Source of the DNA: an uncultured Bacteroidia bacterium
GTDB taxonomy: Bacteria; Bacteroidota; Bacteroidia; Bacteroidales; UBA932
NCBI GenBank assembly: GCA_902782225.1
Contig: CACZMF010000011.1
Coordinates: 3,127-67,126 of the forward strand
DNA length: 64,000 bases
Direction: 5' to 3'
Part shown: piece by piece, positions 61,709-64,000 of the stretch
Numbering within the stretch: position 1 is the first letter of the stretch
Layout of the letters: each line of letters opens with the position of its first letter
Position numbers and translations under genes: made by a program
The notes under the pieces: generated by a model
The model's input: only the letters and a program-made list of their open reading frames with translations
Databases searched by the model: none
Told to the model about the DNA's origin: nothing

Positions 61709-64000
61709 ATGAATAGGTTTGCAGCGATTATCACTTTCCTGGCCGCGCTGTCCGTCCTCGTGTCGCCTTCCTGCAAGAAGGCCGTGGACACCCCGCAGGC
61801 CGGGCCCCAAGTGACCATACGTGCCTGTGTGCCCGATGACGCCACGAAAGTGGCCCTCACCCCCAGCGGCGACGGCCTCCACCTCGCCTGGGAAGCGGGT
61901 GATGCCCTCCGTGTCATCTCCGGCTCTCAGTCGGAGCAGTTTGCCATCAAGGATGGCTTCACCGACCATGAGGCATCGTTCACCGGAACTGCCGTGAGCG
62001 GCACTTCCTTCGATATCATCTATCCCGGGACCTTCGCTTCCGTGGCTGAAGCCGAAGCTTCCGATTTCAGCTATCAGGAGCAGGACGGCAACGGCAGCAC
62101 CGCGCATCTGCGCTATGCGGCCCTGCTGAGCGGTGTCGATGACTACACCGATATCGCCTTCACGCAGGAATGGGCTTCGGCCCACGGCGGCGCCATCAAG
62201 CGTGCGGGTGCCATCAAGATGGACCTCACGCTCCCCGCCGGCGTGACCACGGTCACCGGAGTGGACGTGGACCTTGCCGGCCGTGCGCTCGCCCTCGGGC
62301 TGAAGAACGTGGACGTGTCCCAGAGCGCCCAGGTGCTCACCGCCTACCTTATGACCCCGTGGGAGGATATGGAACTTGCCGCCGGGTCCAAGGTGGAAAT
62401 AAAGGTGACCGCCTCCGATGACGCCTGCTACGGCATCAGCTTCAGCCTGGCTGAGGCCAGGACCCTCAAGGCCGGGCACGTCAGCGTGTTCAAGGTACCC
62501 AACAACATCGAGGAGTACCGGTTCGCCGGCGGCAGCGGCACCGAGGCCGATCCCTGGCTCATAGCCAACGCCCGCCAGCTCAGGAACATGATGACCCTCT
62601 ACGCCGATGCCGAGGCTCCCGCCGACAAGAACTCCTTCAAGAAGTGGTTCCGCCTCACTAAAGACATCGACGCCTCCTCCATCAGCTCCTGGACCCCGCT
62701 CAACAACAGCGGCAGCTTCTACAAGGCAATCGATTTCGACGGCGACAGCCACACCATTTCCGGGCTTAAGCCCACGGGCACCTATGCCAGTTTCGTGGGA
62801 GTGCTGTACGGAACTATTCGTAACGTCACCTTCGACGGCGTCACGATCAACGTGGGCAACGTCAAGACCGGCGTAGTGGCCGGCTTCCTCGGCACGGACG
62901 GCCTTCCCGGCTACTGCGAGAACGTGGTGGTCAAGAACTCTTCCGTGACTTCCACCAGCTATGCCGGAGGCTTTGCCGGGCACATACGCAACATCGGCAC
63001 CGTCACGGGATGCTCCGTCGTCAACACCACCGTGAGCACGATCGGCTACGCCGGTGGTTTTGCCGCCTATGCGGACCTTGGCTCCGGCGACAAGTATGAA
63101 GTCCCCTGCATCTTCACCGACTGCCACGTGTCCGACGTCACCGTGAACCAGAATTACACTTCTGCAGGAGAAAGGTACACCGGCGGCTTCATCGGCTGCG
63201 CGGCCCAGACGCAGACTTTCAAGGACTGCACCGTCAAGGCCACGGTCAACGCCACCAAGGCCGCGATCCAGGACGTCGGCGGCTTCATCGGCCGCGACTC
63301 CTATGCCGGCGCCAATTTCAATGGATGCCAGGTGCTTGACGGCACCGTGGTCAATGCGATGGGCGCCCACGTCGGCGGCTTCATCGGCTATTCCGAGGTG
63401 GCGGCGTCGTATATCGACTGCTCCTCTGCCGCGGCAGTCAACAATTCTGCCGAATACACCGGCGGCTTTGCCGGTTTTGCCTGCGGCGCTTCTTCCTACA
63501 CGCGCTGCAGCGCCAGCGGCAATGTGTCCGGCAACCTGTATGTCGGCGGTTTCGCCGGCCAGGCCGAGAATGCCAGCTTCAACGACTGCAGCTACAGCCA
63601 GGGCACCGTCTCCGGCAGCGGCACGACCAAGTACACCCTCACGGCAGGCTTCTGCGGCTATGCCACCAGCGGGCTCTCGTTCAACGACTGCTCCGTGAGC
63701 GGAGCCACCGTTTCTGCCGAAAGGGGCCAGCGCATCGGCGGCTTCGTGGGCCAGCTGGGCTCGTCCTACACCAGTTTGAACAACATCTCGCTTGCCGGGT
63801 GCAACGTCAGCGACACCCAGGTGACCGGCGGCACTAACACCGGCGGCTTCGTGGGCGTGCAGTACGACAATATCAGCCGCTGTTATGTTTCCGGCGGCAG
63901 CGTCACTGCCAAGAATGCCCATTGCGGCGGTTTCGCCGGATTCGCGCAGCAGGGAAGCGCCACCAACTGCTATACGACGGCTGAGGTCATCGGCGGAAGC
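61709..64000 (+). CDS. Lipoprotein: fimbrillin-like N-module + long GLUG-repeat region (5' partial; runs off the window end)
   Basis: Not in the ORF track, because there is no stop inside the window. Hand translation from ATG 61709: MNRFAAIITFLAALSVLVSPSC.. Module head DPWLIANARQLRNM..KDIDASSISSWTPLN..IDFDGDSHTISGL. At least 10 turns: YAGGFAGH, YTGGFIGC, VGGFIGR, VGGFIGY, YTGGFAGF, YVGGFAGQ, IGGFVGQ, TGGFVGV, CGGFAGF. Clear paralog of 55610 and 58635. Confidence 0.85.
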   Translation, partial: MNRFAAIITFLAALSVLVSPSCKKAVDTPQAGPQVTIRACVPDDATKVALTPSGDGLHLAWEAGDALRVISGSQSEQFAIKDGFTDHEASFTGTAVSGTSFDIIYPGTFASVAEAEASDFSYQEQDGNGSTAHLRYAALLSGVDDYTDIAFTQEWASAHGGAIKRAGAIKMDLTLPAGVTTVTGVDVDLAGRALALGLKNVDVSQSAQVLTAYLMTPWEDMELAAGSKVEIKVTASDDACYGISFSLAEARTLKAGHVSVFKVPNNIEEYRFAGGSGTEADPWLIANARQLRNMMTLYADAEAPADKNSFKKWFRLTKDIDASSISSWTPLNNSGSFYKAIDFDGDSHTISGLKPTGTYASFVGVLYGTIRNVTFDGVTINVGNVKTGVVAGFLGTDGLPGYCENVVVKNSSVTSTSYAGGFAGHIRNIGTVTGCSVVNTTVSTIGYAGGFAAYADLGSGDKYEVPCIFTDCHVSDVTVNQNYTSAGERYTGGFIGCAAQTQTFKDCTVKATVNATKAAIQDVGGFIGRDSYAGANFNGCQVLDGTVVNAMGAHVGGFIGYSEVAASYIDCSSAAAVNNSAEYTGGFAGFACGASSYTRCSASGNVSGNLYVGGFAGQAENASFNDCSYSQGTVSGSGTTKYTLTAGFCGYATSGLSFNDCSVSGATVSAERGQRIGGFVGQLGSSYTSLNNISLAGCNVSDTQVTGGTNTGGFVGVQYDNISRCYVSGGSVTAKNAHCGGFAGFAQQGSATNCYTTAEVIGGS

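Noticed and set aside
61694-63922. 742-aa minus-strand ORF, the only track entry covering 61.7-63.9 kb
   Set aside because: It is the antisense shadow of the open-ended + strand GLUG-repeat lipoprotein gene starting at 61709. The minus-strand product has no signal peptide or motif and is compositionally degenerate.
1-64000. rRNA and tRNA genes
   Set aside because: I inspected every intergenic stretch longer than 70 nt: 23955-24300, 34839-35440, 44179-44447, 44691-44808, 45580-45720 and 48566-48758. None shows tRNA T-arm (GTTCGAATC-like) or rRNA signatures.

Overview
High-GC Bacteroidales-type chromosomal window, judged from SusC/SusD pairs, lipoprotein L-x-x-C signal peptides and TAnnTTTG -7 promoter boxes. 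I saw no rRNA, tRNA, CRISPR array or intact mobile element. Layout: (i) Two back-to-back SusC/SusD loci lie on the + strand (PUL-1 5-12678; PUL-2 12740-23954). (ii) A housekeeping block follows: an AlkZ-like / phosphodiester glycosidase / tlpA-like operon, a 2-hydroxyacid dehydrogenase, lysC-lysA, a secreted NUC nuclease, feoAB plus a Cys-rich peptide, psuK-psuG, a translationally coupled sufB-pnuC-sufC-short sufD-ispE operon, and a DUF5686 protein. (iii) A small, visibly AT-richer accessory patch holds an Rpn-like remnant, a DUF+nucleotidyltransferase fusion with a palindromic operator, and a metallophosphoesterase. (iv) A third SusC/SusD locus (PUL-3, 46928 to beyond 64000) has a DUF6377-type regulator. 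The most notable point is that none of the three loci encodes a glycoside hydrolase or lyase that I can recognise. They are filled instead with BACON/FN3/PQQ-propeller lipoproteins, at least six GLUG-repeat modules, and exported phosphoester enzymes of five superfamilies. These include three NAGPA-type phosphodiester glycosidase domains, one fused to a GLUG protein. Together this is a candidate utilisation system for phosphodiester-linked glycopolymers. The supplied ORF track misses a real open-ended + strand gene (61709 to >64000; only its antisense shadow is listed) and a 44-codon ORF (61571-61705). It also over-extends many N-termini through TTG/GTG or upstream ATG starts. Three convergent intergenic regions hold unusual short-repeat arrays. 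All family names come from motif recognition by eye; no database search was run.
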